Positions 37,491-51,164 of a DNA stretch of 64,000 nt are shown piece after piece (the stretch's first letter is position 1; each line of letters starts with the position of its first letter). This stretch comes from Heptranchias perlo (taxonomy: Eukaryota): NCBI RefSeq assembly GCF_035084215.1, contig NC_090336.1, forward strand, positions 51,832,001 through 51,896,000, given 5' to 3'. The position numbers and the translations under genes were made by a program. The notes below the pieces were generated by a model. The model worked only from the letters and a program-made list of their open reading frames with translations, searched no databases and had not been told where the DNA came from.

Positions 37491-39444
37491 AGGGAGTTAC
37501 ATTCTACAGAAGTTTCAACTCAGCACAAACTCTGTTGCCCGGATCCCAGCAAGACTAAGTGCCACTTCCCTGCCAAACTAATCCTTCTTGATCTCCATTG
37601 GCTCCGTGTCCCCCAAGCATAAAATTTGAAATCCTCATTACAAATTCCTCCTCAGCCTTGCTCCACATTACCACTACAATTCCTTCAGCCTGACATGCCA
37701 GTGCTCACCTCTGCTCGTCAGCTCTGGTATCTCCTCTGGGCTCTGGCGTGCCCACCCCTCCAGTTGCTCCAACTTTGACGACCTAGCCTTAAGCGTAATG
37801 ATTCAACACTCAGGAACTCCCGACGTAAACCCCTCTGCCTTGCAACTATGCTCCTCAGCTTCATAAACTGCTCAAACCTGCCCCTTTGACCATGCCTTTC
37901 TCCATCCCTAATTCTTCTTTACCATTGCTGAGCATCCTTAATGCTGGAGCAGCTGTCACAGGTCAAATTGCCATTTATTTATTTTTTCTGCACAGAATAC
38001 TGCAAGCTATTATTGAAACATGCTCAAACTGACTGAAAACCTCTCTAGAGTATTTTGCAATGCTTGACTGTAATGTCAGAAAGATTTGCACTATATTTGA
38101 CAGCAGTACTTCAATTTGTCAAGCTATTGCCATAAAAAGCATTGACTGGAGCTAATCTATAGCCTTTTTTTTGCCAATCAATTGCACTTTGGTTGCTTAT
38201 TAAGTTGGTAGGTTTGTTGCCATAGCTTTCGGCCTACAAAATTCTAATATACCAGAGCAATGAAAATGCAGCTTAATGCTTGCTTGCTGAATCTTTAAAC
38301 TAAAGTACTCATTTAACTAATACAGTCTAATGTCATAGGTGCTCCAATAATGCCAGAGGTTAGCAGGGGTCATGTGTGCTCATTTCAAGTCAGTCTTCAC
38401 CATAGCATCTGATGTTTATTCACAAAGAGGCTCAGAGGTTAAAGGTTAATAATGGAGCTCTGTTCTGATCTGCTGGGCTTATTTCCATACTTTGGCTTAA
38501 TGGGTTGGTTTATAATTTTTTTCTCTCCCCACAAGAAAAATGTGGACATCTTGTTCCTTGAAAATACATTTCCACCAACATGAAATGCTCATCCAATTAA
38601 AATCCCCTGTTTAAATCAGTGCACGTAATCCCACAGGCAAATTTAATTAGCATTTACATAAAAATATTATAAGTCATTCGTAGCCTAAATTTGCAGTACT
38701 TGATAAATATGGAAAGACATACATTTACACAATATTGGTTGGAACATTCTCAGGCTTCCTTCCAATAAATATTCTCCTTTCAGTGAAACTGGCACATATT
38801 TCTTTCCAATCAAAAGCAATCAGGACATTGAAAAAAATGGAAATTAACAACAGATCAGGATGAAAGGGGTACATTTGCAAAGAATAATTCAGTGTACCTT
38901 TGCTACATTACTGCACAATTAATTAGAACACATTGGCGTAAACAGAAAATATCTTTGATCAAGTCATCTCCATGAAGCGAATCGGTAAAGTTTTGAATTT
39001 ATTGGGAAGATTCGGATACGTGATAAAATGTAATCTCCATGGAGAATGTTATCGCTATGAATGCAGCTATTATCTGGTATTGGAATAGGTCATTTTTGTG
39101 GAACTACAACTATTTTTTAATCAGTTGAATGGTTCCTATTGTTTCCATTGTTGTCGGACTCAGTCGGTGCACAGGATTATATACAACATTTCAAGGTACG
39201 TTAAGGAAGAAATGCATCAACGTAGCACAAAGCTGAACAGAGTTTTTGTTACAACAAGACATAAATGCTTTCTACACTTTCTAATGGCTGAAGTATATAT
39301 AATGTATTCTCTGTAAAAAAAAAATCAGATTATATGGGGCATTTGGCCACAACATAAAGCATTCATCATTATTTTGTGGAGAAAGTATGATGTAGTGGAT
39401 CCAAAGAAAGATTTTTTAAAAATCCAAAGAAATGACAAAAGAAG

Positions 39445-40222
39445 TATGAAGTGATGCATTTTGAGAGGAAGAATGAGGAGACGCAAAACAAATTAAATCG
39501 TACAATTTTAAAGGGGGTGCAGGAACAGAGAGACCTGGGGATTTACGTACACAAATCTTTGAAGGTGGCAGAACAAGCTAATAAGGCTGTTAAAAAAGCA
39601 CACGGGATCCTGGGCTTTATAAATAGAGACAGAGTATAAAAACAAGGGAGTTATATTAAACACTTTATAAATCACTGGTTAGCGCTCAGCTGGAGTATTG
39701 TGTCTAATTCTGGGCTCCACACTTTAGTAAAGCCTTGGAGAGGGTGCAGAGATTTACTAGAATGGCACCAGGGATGAGGGACTTCAGATATGCAGAGAGA
39801 CTAGAGAAGCTGGGATTGTTCTCCTTAAACAGAGAAGATTAAGAGGTGATTTAATGGAGGTTTCAAAATTGTGAAGGATTTTGATAGAGTAAATAAGGAG
39901 AAACTGTTTCCACTGACAGGAAGGTTGGTAACCAGAGGACGCAGATTTAAGGTAACTGGCAAAAGAACCAGAGATGAGATGAGGAGGTGTTTTTTTTTAC
40001 AAACACAGCGAGTTGTTATAATCTGGAATGCACTGCCTGAAAGGGTGGTGGAACCAGATTCAATAGTAACTTTCAAAAGGGAATTGGATATCTACTTGAA
40101 AAAGAAAAGTTTGCAGGGTTACTGGGAAAAAGCAGGGGAGTGGGACTAATTGGATAGCTCTTTCAAAGAGCTGGCACAGGCATGATGGGCTGAGTGGCCT
40201 CCTTCTATGGTGTATGATTCTA
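39445..40222 (+). mobile_element. CR1 LINE 3' fragment
   Basis: EQRDLG, LEYCV.FW, QRVVIIWNALP; atgattctatg tail. Confidence 0.9.
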
Positions 40223-40817
40223 TGAAAATAAAGAAATTCAACTGGCATACAGGTAATTTTTTTGAAACAAATGTTTGGTTGCATGTCCATTGTTTCATTT
40301 TCACAAAATATTTTAGTAATATGGATTTTTTTTTGTCCATTAAAGACCCAACTATCCCACAAGTTCTTGATGTATTACTTGCAGGTATTTATTTTTTCCC
40401 AAGTTGAATAAGAGGCACCAAGTGCAGTGCTCAATTTTTAAATTCTGGCACAATCCTGATTCTTTTAAATCTCTTTCACAGAGCAATTTAATTCACTGCA
40501 AGATATAAAAAGTGTTTAATAAACTAATTATACTGCCATTTATACATCAATGCAACACGTTTTTTTAGTTCTATCTACACAGAAACCCAGCCTAAATATA
40601 GTTTGAAGTTATCGATCTGAATATGATCCAAATTTTGGCACGGTGAGTGAGTACACATGAGCCAGTATAAGATCAACGCAACTTAATATCAAAACTTGTA
40701 GATGATAATTTGAGTCTGTGGTGATTTAAGTTCATCTACTAACCAGATGGCCAGCCATTGTCATTTTTTTGGAAAAGCTATTGGGCTGGAATTTTTATTT
40801 TATATTCACTCATGGAA

Positions 40818-41890
40818 TTTTTTTTTATTCGTTCATGGGATGTGGGCGTCGCTGGCACGGACAGCATTTATTGCCCATCCCTCATTGCCCTTGAGAAGGT
40901 GGTGGTGAGCCGCCTTCTTGAACCGCTGCAGTCCATGTGGTGAAGGTTCTCCCACAGTGCTGTTCGGTAGGGAGTTCCAGGATTTTGACCCAGCGACGGT
41001 GAAGGAATGGCGATATATTTCCAAGTCGGGATGGTGTGTGACTTGGAGGGGAACATGCAGGTGGTGTTATTCCCATGTACCTGCTGCTCTTGTCCTTCTA
41101 GGTGGTAGAGGTCACGGGTTTGGGAGGTGATGTCAAAGATGCCTTGGCGAGTTGCTGCAGTGCATCCTGTGGATGGTACACACTGCAGCCACTGTACGCC
41201 GGTGGTGAAGGGAGTGAATATTTAGGGTGGTGGTTGGGGTGCCAATTAAGCGGGCTGCTTTGTCCTGGATGGTGTCGAGCTTCTTGAGTGTTGTTGGAGC
41301 TGCACTCATCCAGGCTAGTGGAGAGTATTCCATCACATTCCTGACTTGTGCCTTGTAGATGGTGGAAAGGCTTTGGGGAGTCAGGAGGTGAGTCACTCGC
41401 CGCAGAATACCCAGCTTCTGACCTGCTCTTGTAGCCACAGTATTTATATGGCTGGTCCAGTTAAGTTTCTGGTCAATGGTGACCCCCAGGATGTTGATGG
41501 TGGGGGATTCGGCGATGGTAATGCCGTTGAATGTCTTGGGGAGGTGGTTAGACTCTCTCTTGTTGGAGATGGTCATTGCCTGGCACTTGTCTGGTGTGAA
41601 TGTTACTTGTCATATATCAACCCCAGCCTGGATGTTGTCCAGGTCTTGCTGCATGCGGGGATGGACTGCTTCATTATCTGAGGGGTTGCGAATGGAAATG
41701 AACACTGTGCAATTGTCAGAGAACATCCCGTTTCTGACCTTATGATGGAGGGAAGGTCATTGATGAAACAACTGAAGATGGTTGGCCCTAGGACACTGCC
41801 CTGAGGAACTCCTGCAACAATGTCCTGGGGCTGAGATGATTGGCCTCCAACAACCACTACCATCTTCCTTTGTGCTAGGTATGACTCCAA
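40818..41890 (-). mobile_element. CR1/L2-group LINE (Zenon/Crack-like) RT C-terminus and 3' end
   Basis: GVPQGSVLGP, ILGVTIDQKLNW, YKAQVRNVMEY, IQDKAARLI. Confidence 0.88.
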
Positions 41891-44480
41891 AATAACGGTG
41901 TGTGAACGACGCTCGCCTTTATTAATATGCAAATCAGACAGCAACTTGTGGCGAGTAAGAGATACCCTGTGAATTGCGAATCACCACAAGATGTTGGACG
42001 ATTTGTACCGCTCTGTCGTTAGTTTGCGGAAACGGCATCTCACGCTTAACCTCGCCGTGAGTTTCATGAAGTTGCTGCATTTGCACATTGATTGTCCATT
42101 AAACTCGCCACAGAAAGTTAAGTCTAGTAGTTAATAGGTTAAGTACCCTTATAACATGGGATAATTATTAATGACTGCCAATGAAACTGAAGAAAAAGGC
42201 ATACTCTAAGTACATTGACAATAAAGGAGAGGATGACAGAGGGAATATGAAGAGATTAGGAAAGAAATCAAAAAAACAATTAGGAAAGCAAAGAGGAACA
42301 ACAACATTAAATTATCAAGGAATAGAAAAAGAAATAGTAAAATATTCTACAGACACATAAATAACAAAAGAAAAGTCAGAATAGGGATAGGGCCACTAAG
42401 GGATGCACAAGATAAACTTCCAGGTAATGGCAGAAATATTGAATAGTTACTTTGCCTCAGTATTTACCAGGGAGACTAACAAGGTGGACCACTCGAAGAG
42501 ATCATAAAAAATATAAAAACATTTAAGATAAAAAGGGGGGAGATACTTGATAAACTAATTAAACTAAGAGAGGATAAAACCCCTGGTCCGGATGAATTGT
42601 ATCCACGAATATTGAAAGATGTTAGGGAAGAGATAGCAGAGGCACTATTACATATATATAAAAATTCATTAGAAAAGGGAATAGTGCCAGAAGATTGTCA
42701 GACTGCTAATGTTATACCTATATTTAAAAAGGGAGATAGAACAAGTCTATGGAACTATAGGCCAGTTAGCTTAACATTGGTAGAGGAAAAATAATAAAAT
42801 CTTTACTCAAAGATGTAATAGAAAGACACCTAGAGAAAGAAAATATAATAAAATAGTCAGCACAGATTTCAGAAGGGAATGTCATGTTTGACCAACCTTA
42901 CTGAATTCTTTGAAGAATTAACAGAAAGAGTAGACAAGGGTAATGTAGTAGATGTAATATATTTGGACTTTCAAAAGGCCTTTGATAAGGTACCGCATTA
43001 TAGAATCATGACCTAGGTCAGAGCATGTGGAGATAGGGGGCAGATAGCAGAATGGATAGCAAGTTGGCTGCAAAACCAAAAACAAAGAGTAGTGGTTAAG
43101 GGTAGCCACTCAGACTAGCAAAAGGTGGGAAGTGCTGGGACTACTGTTGATCACCATTAATATTAACGATTTGAATTTGGAATCGGAATTACAATTTCAA
43201 AATTTGCTGACAATACCAAATTGGGAGCTGGAGTTAATACAAAGGAAGAATGCATCAAAATGTAAGAGGACATTAATAAACTTGCAGAATGTGCATGTAA
43301 TTGGAAAATTAATTTCAATATAGACAAGTGTGAGGTGGTGCATTTTGGCAGAAAGAATAAGGAGGCCACATATTACTCGGATAATAAGAGTCTAAATGGG
43401 ATAGAGGAGAAAAGGGATCTCGGGGTACATATACACAAATCAGCAAGAGTAGTAGGTTAATAAGGCTGTAAAAAGGGCAAATCAAACAGTGGGGTTCATT
43501 TCTAGAGTGACAGAATTAAAAAACAGAGAACTTGTATAAAACCTTGGTTGGACCACACTTGGAGTATTGTGCACAGTTCTGGTCTCCATATTATAGAAAG
43601 GATATAGAGGCATTGGAGAGGGTGCGAAAAAGATTCACAAAGACGATATCAGAACTGAGAGGATATACTCACCAGGAAAGGCTGAACAGGCTGGGGCTCT
43701 TTTCTCTAGAAAAGAGAAGACTGAGGGGTGACCTGATAGAGGTCTTTAAGATAATGAAAGGGTTTGATAGGGTAGGCATAAAGAAAATGTTTCCACTTTT
43801 TGGGGAGTCTAAAACTAGAGGTCATAAATATAAAATAATCATTAATAAATCCAAAAGAGAATTCAGGGGAAACTTCTTTACCCAAAGAGTGGTAAGAATG
43901 TGGAACACGCTACCACAAGAAATAGTTGAGGCAAATAACATAGATGCATTTAAGGGAAAACTAGATAAGCACAAGAGGGAGAAAGGGATAGAAGGATATG
44001 CTGTGGGTTAGATGAAGTAGGGAGGGAGGAAGCTCATGTGGAGCATAAACATCGCATAGACCAGTTGGGCCAAATGGCCTGTTTCTGTGTTGTTGTTTTG
44101 CTGTAACTCGATGTAATCTCTCTGGCCCAGAAAGTCAACAAATAAAAGTGTGGTTTCTCATTCTTTCAGGTCGTGAATTGTTGTCGGAGATGTTAAAAAC
44201 GTCAAATTTTAAATTAATTTCTTGTTCTTACTTTTCTTTCTGTCCCTTTTTTCTCTCACTTAATACAATCTTTCTTTCCCTCTCTTTCTGTACCTGATTT
44301 GACATTGAATTCACCCACTCTAATTCACCCTGTCTCAGCCCTTCAGCTGTTTATTTCTCAATCCTTTAATCTCATTGTCTAAGGAGATACACTGTTTGTC
44401 CCATTGTTCACCAAGGTCCCAGATGCCCTGTTACCCATTTTCAGCTCGCACTTCCTGCAATTTACATGCGCTGCTCCAGG
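41890..44480 (+). mobile_element. MITE family A copy split by a CR1 (41890-42185 and 44116-44480)
   Basis: ...aatgactgccaat at about 42180 continues as ctctctggcccagaaag at about 44118, as in the intact copy at about 28440. Confidence 0.7.
42186..44115 (+). mobile_element. CR1 LINE with decayed RT domain
   Basis: [50 protein letters not shown]; multiple stops. Confidence 0.93.
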
Positions 44481-44489
44481 AGCAGTAAG

Positions 44490-45322
44490 GGGAAGTAGAA
44501 AAGTGGCATGTGGAATTCAATCCACAGAAGTGTGAGGTAATAAATTTGGGGAGAGCAAACAAGGCAAGGGAGTACACAATGAATGGGAGGATACTGAGAG
44601 GTGTAGAAGAACAAAGGGACCTTGAAGTGCATGTCCACAGCTCCCTGAAGGTAGCAGGACAGGTAGATAAGGTGGTTAAAAAGGCATATGGGATACTTTC
44701 CTTTATTAGCCAAGGCATAGAATGTAAGAGTAGGGAGGTTATGCTAGAACTGTATAAAACATTAGTTAGGCCACAGCTTGAGTACTGCATACAGTTCTGG
44801 TCACCACATTACAGGAAAGATGTGATTGCACTAGAGAGGGTACAGAGGAAATTTACAAGGATGTTGCCAGGGATGGAGAATTTTAGCTATGAGAAAAGAT
44901 TGGATAGGCTGGGGTAGTTCCCTTTGGAACAGAGGAGGCTGAGAGGAGATTTAATTGAGGTGAATAAAATTATGACAGAACTAGATAGAGTGGATAGGGA
45001 GAACCTATTTCCCTTAGCAGAGGGGTCAGTGACCAGGGGGCATAGATTGAAAGTAATTGGTAGAAGGATTAGAGGGGAGCTGAGGAGAATTTTTTCACCC
45101 AGAGGATAGTGGGGGTTTGGAACTCACTGCCTGAAAGGGTGCTAGAGGCAGAAACCCTCAACTCATTTAAAAAGTACTTGGATATGTACCTGAAGTGCCG
45201 TAACCTACAGGGCTACGGACCAAGTACTGGAAAGTGGGATAATGCTGGATAGCTCATCTTCAGCTGGCACGGACACGATGGGCCGAAAGGCCTCCTTCTG
45301 TGCCATATCTTTCTATGATTCT
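44490..45322 (+). mobile_element. CR1 LINE 3' fragment
   Basis: FNPQKCEV, LVRPQLEYCIQFWSP; tctatgattct tail. Confidence 0.92.
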
Positions 45323-45984
45323 GTTTGTTGGATGGATACTCGAGGTTAAGACAATAAGCACAAATAGGAGCTGAACAGTCTTTCATGAAGTGTTCGGCAA
45401 TCTTTTTTTAATGGTTTTGCAAATCAGAAGATCTCTGCGTCATTTTCATTGTACCTGCACAAGACGCAAAAGTGCATTCAGTCAAAATTTAAGGCATTAA
45501 GTTGTGTGTTCACTCAGGAACAGCTGCACTTTTAACACTTACAATCAGTTAATGTTAGTGAGGAAACACCTGTCACTGCTTAGCTCATTTTTTTAGGTTG
45601 CTGGCTAATATTAGCACCCTATTCACACAGCGACTTATTAAGTGGGGCAGTATCCATTAACTGCCACTAGGTGTCTGGCACACTGAAAATTCTCTGGAGT
45701 ATTTTATTTTGTCGCTGAATAAGCGACATTTAATGACCGAAAAGCTCAGAAGATCTGGTGAGGTTTTTCCTCATGTAAATAACATCTGAACATAAATGAC
45801 AACTGTTCCTAATCATTATTAAATGTACACAGATTTTTCACCTGAAATGTCACTATTTCATTAGTCTGTTCTTGGAGATGCCAATCAATTAAATATCAGC
45901 AGCTGGGAATAGGAGACAACTGGCAGAATTTAATCACTAACTATGGAAAGTCTAATCAATAAGACTTGAAGGATTCCATTAGAA

Positions 45985-46360
45985 CAACGCATGTTCAGAG
46001 GCGATATGATAGATGTGTTTCAAATTATGACAGGGTGATACAAGGTAGATATAAGCAGATTGTTTCCAGTAGTTGAAAGGTCTAGAATGATACAAGCTAA
46101 ATGTAAAAGATTCAGAAGAGAGAGCAAGAGAAACTTCGTTACACAGAATTGCGAAGCTGTGGAATTCACTTCCAGTGTTAGTGGTTGAGGCAGAAACTAT
46201 GACAACGTTTAAGATTAGATTGGATTGGTGGGGTAAAGGGTATAAAGGAATATGGGAACAGGATGGGTAAATATGATTCAGCTATTTGCTTGGATGGAGT
46301 GTAAATGCTGACATGGACTGGTCGGACCAAATGGCTCTGTTTCCACGTTGTATATAGTAA
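45985..46360 (+). mobile_element. Old CR1 3' fragment
   Basis: agaggcgatatgatag, tgtggaattcacttcca, aaatggctctgtttcc. Confidence 0.65.
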
Positions 46361-46499
46361 GGAGTGATTCACTTGACGTCACCAAAATGTATCTACAAAG
46401 AGCACTGGTAGCCTGCCAGACAGAACTCATTCTGCTTTATTGTTCAACTTCAATTTTTCATTACAGATAGGTCTAAAAATACTGTGATATTACTGATAA

Positions 46500-47075
46500 A
46501 AAGACAAAATTTAATGTTATAAAGAAAAGGGTAGACGTCAGAGATATTTGACTGAAGAATTTAAAACAGGCTAGAAACTAGACTGTGTCCATGTGGTTAG
46601 ATTATTTGAATAGATGGGTTCGGGAGGACTAGGGTACAGGCGTATAAGTTATGTAAACACAGAGCTTGGTTAGATGTCTGGAGGTTTTTCTTTTCACAGA
46701 GACCCGAGGAATAAGTTGCCAGTTCATGCAGTGAGCGTAAATTCACTGCAAACGTTCAAAAGGAGGCTTCCTGGGAGAGGCTGATATCGCTGCGTACAAA
46801 AAGGTAGGTGGGAATGTTGGGGTACGTGCCTCGTGGTCACTGTTGTCTCCTGGAGCTCGACTTTGATCACCTTCAGGGGTAGGAGAGAAATTTCCCAAAA
46901 TTCTTTTTCCCCAAATTGGCCTCGGGTAATTTCTATCTGTTTTATTTGACTCTCCTCAGATTATATGGCTGCTGGTAGGTGGGCAGCATTGTGGGTCATG
47001 ATGCTTAGTTGCAACATAACTGATTGGGACAAGCTTAATGAACCAGTTGGTCCTTTGCTGTCAGTTTTTTCATAG
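46500..47075 (+). mobile_element. Old CR1-like 3' fragment
   Basis: tagggtacagg, ttcttttcacagag, ggaataagttgcc; related to 30190-30670. Confidence 0.55.
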
Positions 47076-48589
47076 GCTGTATAGAATCATACAGCAGAGG
47101 AGGAGGCCATTCAGCCCTGTGCTGGCTCTTTGAAGAGCTATCCAGTCAGTCCCAATCCACTGCCCTTTCCCCAAAGCCCTGAAAGTTTTTTCTTACATAA
47201 ACTTTAAAAGTGTTCCACTATATTTGAGGTTTGGACTGAGAAGGACTCCAGCTCAGTCCATGCAGACATAAAATAGCACTGAGACTGATTATTTCAGCAG
47301 TAAAGCCATAATATCAAGAAGGGCTTGGGTTGTGGAAACACTGAAGAAATCAACTTGTTGTCATTGTGGCTTCATAGGACTGCAGCACGGAGCCTCGAGA
47401 GCCACATGTAAAGGCGGATTTTCACTCCGTCCCCTCAGTGTAAACGGGGCTGAAACGCCTCCAAATGACGTCAGGACTCTTCGAGCCTTGTTTAACCGGA
47501 CACTCTGGCCGCCATAGTGGGGAGGGTCCAGAGATGGAACACCCACCTGTTTCAGGCAGTGGGCTACTTGTAACACGCAAATCGGGCTTCTACGATGTAT
47601 GTAGGATTCCGATTGCAAGTTCAAGGTACAGATCGGTGGAGTGTGCGCCGTGCACTCTCCGCCCATTTGGACCAGGTAATGAGGGGCCTATCCAGGAGTC
47701 CGTAAAGGGACACGCTCCGTAACCGGTCCAGGAAACCGGAGCACTTTATTTTTTGCTGGGGCCAGGAGGAGCAGGAGTTCTCCTAGGCCGACAAAAAAAC
47801 TTTGGGCCACTGCTGGCCCATCCGACGTCACCCCCTCCACCATGCGCCCCCCCCCCCCACATCTGGATCACAGCCCCGCAACGCTCTGACTGTCAGCTGG
47901 CTCAACCGACCGATTTCCCACCCTCCCAGAATCGGCAGGCTGGAGCAGGGCACCCGTTTGGCTCCTGCAGCTCACCAGCCGAATGTAAATGATGCTCAGG
48001 TCTCAAAGTGGCTTGGGCCTCACGCCGGCAATCCAATCCATCTTCCCATCAGTTTGCCTATATCTCAATTTACTAACAGGTCTTGACATTCTGGTTGAGT
48101 ATTTATCCACTGATGAGTCAACAGCACTAACATACAGATCGTTCCAAACCTCCAGGCTCAAAACAATCAGCAAATTAAGAATTAGAAACACAAACGGGAC
48201 TGAGTTGCCTGCGCTTCAAAGAAAGAACTTGCATTTATACTGCATCTTTCACCACCTCAGGACATCCCAAACCGCTTCACAACTAATGAAACACATTTGA
48301 AGTGTAGTAACCGTTTGTAATTAGGCTTCACAACCCTCTGGGAATGACTGGGAGTTGCCCGCAATCAGGTGTTCCTTCCCCGAGCGCTGCCTCCAGCCGC
48401 CCGGGAGATCAACTATTTAAATTACTCGCCTCAGTGAGCCCCATCCCGACCCGCCCCATCTCCATGACATCACTGGCTGCTGTGGGAGGAGCCTCTGGCT
48501 CGGTGATGTCACCCGACCGCCGCTGCAAAGAGCCGTGACCACATGGAACGCATGTCGGGAATTGAGGGGGTCTCTAGAATACCCTGGGG

Positions 48590-49648
48590 GGAGAGTGGTC
48601 TCCGAAACGAGGGGGGGGGGTTAGAGTGGTCTCTGAAACGGGGGGGGGGGGGGGTTAGAGTGGTCTCTGAAACGGGGGGGGGGGGGGGTTAGAGTGGTCT
48701 CCGCAACGAGAGGGGGGGGGTTAGAGTGGTCTCCGAAACGAGAGGGGGGGGTTAGAGTGGTCTCCGAAACGAGAGGGGGGGGATTAGTGGTCTCCGAAAC
48801 GAGGCGGGGGGGGGGATGAGTGGTCTCCGAAACGAGGGGTGGGGGACGAGTGGTCTCCAAAACGAGAGGGGAGGATGAGTGGTCTCCAAAACGAGGGGTG
48901 GGGGACGAGTGGTCTCCAAAACGAGAGGGGAGGATGAGTGGTCTCCAAAACGAGAGGGGGGGGATGAGTGGTCTCCGAAACGAGAGGGGGGGGTTAGAGT
49001 GGTCTCCGAAACGAGAGGGGGGGGTTAGAGTGGTCTCCGAAACGAGAGGGGGGGGATTAGTGGTCTCCGAAACGAGGCGGGGGGGGGGGATGAGTGGTCT
49101 CCGAAACGAGGGGTGGGGGACGAGTGGTCTCCAAAACGAGAGGGGAGGATGAGTGGTCTCCAAAACGAGAGGGGGGGGGATGAGTGGTCTCCGAAATGAG
49201 GGGGGGGGAAAGAGTGGTCTCCGAAACGAGGGGGGGGGGGGGGGAAGAGTGGTCTCCGAAACGAGGGGGGGGGGGGGGGAAGAGTGGTCTCCGAAACGAG
49301 GGGGGGGAGAGTGGTCTTTGAAACGAGGTTGGGGGGAAGAGTGGTCTCCGAAACGAGGGGGAGGGGGAAAAGAGTGGTCTCCGAAACGAGGGGGAGGGGG
49401 GAAAAAGAGTGGTCTCCAAAACGAGGGGGGGGGGAAAGAGTGGTCTTTGAAATGGGGGGGGGGGAAAGAGTGGTCTCCGAAACGACGGGGGGGGGGGGGG
49501 GAAGAGTGGTTTCCGAAACGAGGTGGGGGGGGGGGGGGAAGAGTGGTCTCCGCAACGAAGGGGGGGGCGGAGAGAGTGGTCTCCGAAACGGGGGGGGGGG
49601 GGAGGTGGAGTGTGGTCTCCGAAATGAGGGGAAGAGTGGTCTCCAAGT
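48590..49648. repeat. G-rich minisatellite, about 34 units of about 30 bp (GAGTGGTCTCCGAAACGA + G-run)
   Basis: A conserved core of about 18 bp separated by G-rich tracts of variable length. Confidence 0.95.
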
Positions 49649-50082
49649 TGTCATTTTCACATGGAACCTGAGTCCAAACCGGTCCAAGGAGATAGGGAGA
49701 TATATCAGGCCTGTTAAAAGTGGCTTCGACTGGGGAACCCGACCGCACCTTGTGCAGTGCAGAGGGGATTCTGGCTGTGGTTTCAGGGTGAATGTCAGCG
49801 GGTTATAGGATTACTACTCGTTGCAGGTAGAATATCAGGGCATTACATCAATTACTACCAGTTACATATAGACTATCAATGAGTTACTGTATTACTGTTG
49901 GTTATGAGGTAAATCTGAATGTTACCACAATTACTATCAGTTACCAGTGCAATTTCAGTGAGTTACCATTACTTACTGGGGGAATTGAAGTTCCTCCCAT
50001 CTCTGATTTCCCCTCTACAATTCCCCCCTCTTCCCTGCCTTCGCTTTCCCTGCTTCCCCGCCCTCGCTTTCCCCTCCTCATA

Positions 50083-50200
50083 GGAACATAAGAAATAGGA
50101 GCAGGAGTAGGCCATACGGCCCCTCAAGCCTGGTCCGCCATTCAAAAAGATCTTCGACCTCAACTCCACTTTCCCACCCGATCCCCATATCCTTTGCCCT
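50083..50200 (-). mobile_element. CR1 3' end
   Basis: gaacataagaaataggagcaggagtaggccat. Confidence 0.75.
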
Positions 50201-50454
50201 TAGAGTCTTCACCTTCTCAAGGATGGCCACCTGGCTCTTGGAACTTGTCACACAACAGCGGCTGGCATGAATCCACGAGCAAAAATATTCAATTACAGGG
50301 GACCCAACCATTATAAGGTAAATGCATTAACATTTGTAGGAGTCATGTGATCAGATCTCATGTGATATGGCATCACATGGTGAAATGTCATGTGGTCAGA
50401 ATGTCACCTGATCAAACCTCCAGAAATGCCTCCAACCTGAGATGGCAACCCAAG

Positions 50455-50790
50455 TTGTAATGCAGGGAAACGCAATAGCCAATTTACAAATAGCAAGATT
50501 CCACAAACAGCAATGAAATAAATAATCTGTTTTATTTTACACTGATACTGGATAAGGGATAAGGGATGAATGTTGATCAGTACACTGGGAGAACTCCCTT
50601 GCTCTTTAAATAGTGCCATGCGGTCTTTTACATCCACCTGAGAGGTCAGACTTTTCATCTAAAAAACAGAACCTCCGACAGTGCAGCACCCCCTCAGCAC
50701 TGCACTGGTGTCAGCCTAGATTATGTGCTCAAGTCCTGCAGTGGGCCTTGAACCCATGACCTCTAACTCAGAGGTAGGAGTGCCAAGGCC
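50455..50790 (-). mobile_element. Deu-domain tRNA-SINE copy
   Basis: Collinear with 19660-20010; B box GGTTCAAGGCC on the minus strand. Confidence 0.8.
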
Positions 50791-51164
50791 AACAGCTTCA
50801 AGGGCTCAGGGGTGACAGCTGGGATACCCCTACTACACAGCACATGCACAATGTTGCTATAGTAACAAACCAAAGATCCACAAATGATTGATTCTGCAGC
50901 CTCAAATCATAACAAACCAGCGCTTGAAAATAGAATTTCTAAATAATAGGACACTGGCAGCACCAGAAGGGGTGTGCACATGGAGACATACTTTTTTCCT
51001 GCAAAGTATCTTGGGCCAGATCCACAATCCTAAATAGAACAAATGTGATTTATTTTCTGCTTCTATGATATTGTTACTGGACTAAATACTAAACTACAAA
51101 ACTACTTTTAAGTTATTGAGATACAGACCAAAGCAATTAACATATTTATTTGCAATTGAACAGA

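Noticed and set aside
48590-49648. CRISPR-like repeat-spacer appearance and long Pro/Gly-rich ORFs (e.g. 375 aa)
   Set aside because: The spacers are only G-runs, there are no cas genes and the context is vertebrate. The ORFs result from a stop-poor tandem repeat.
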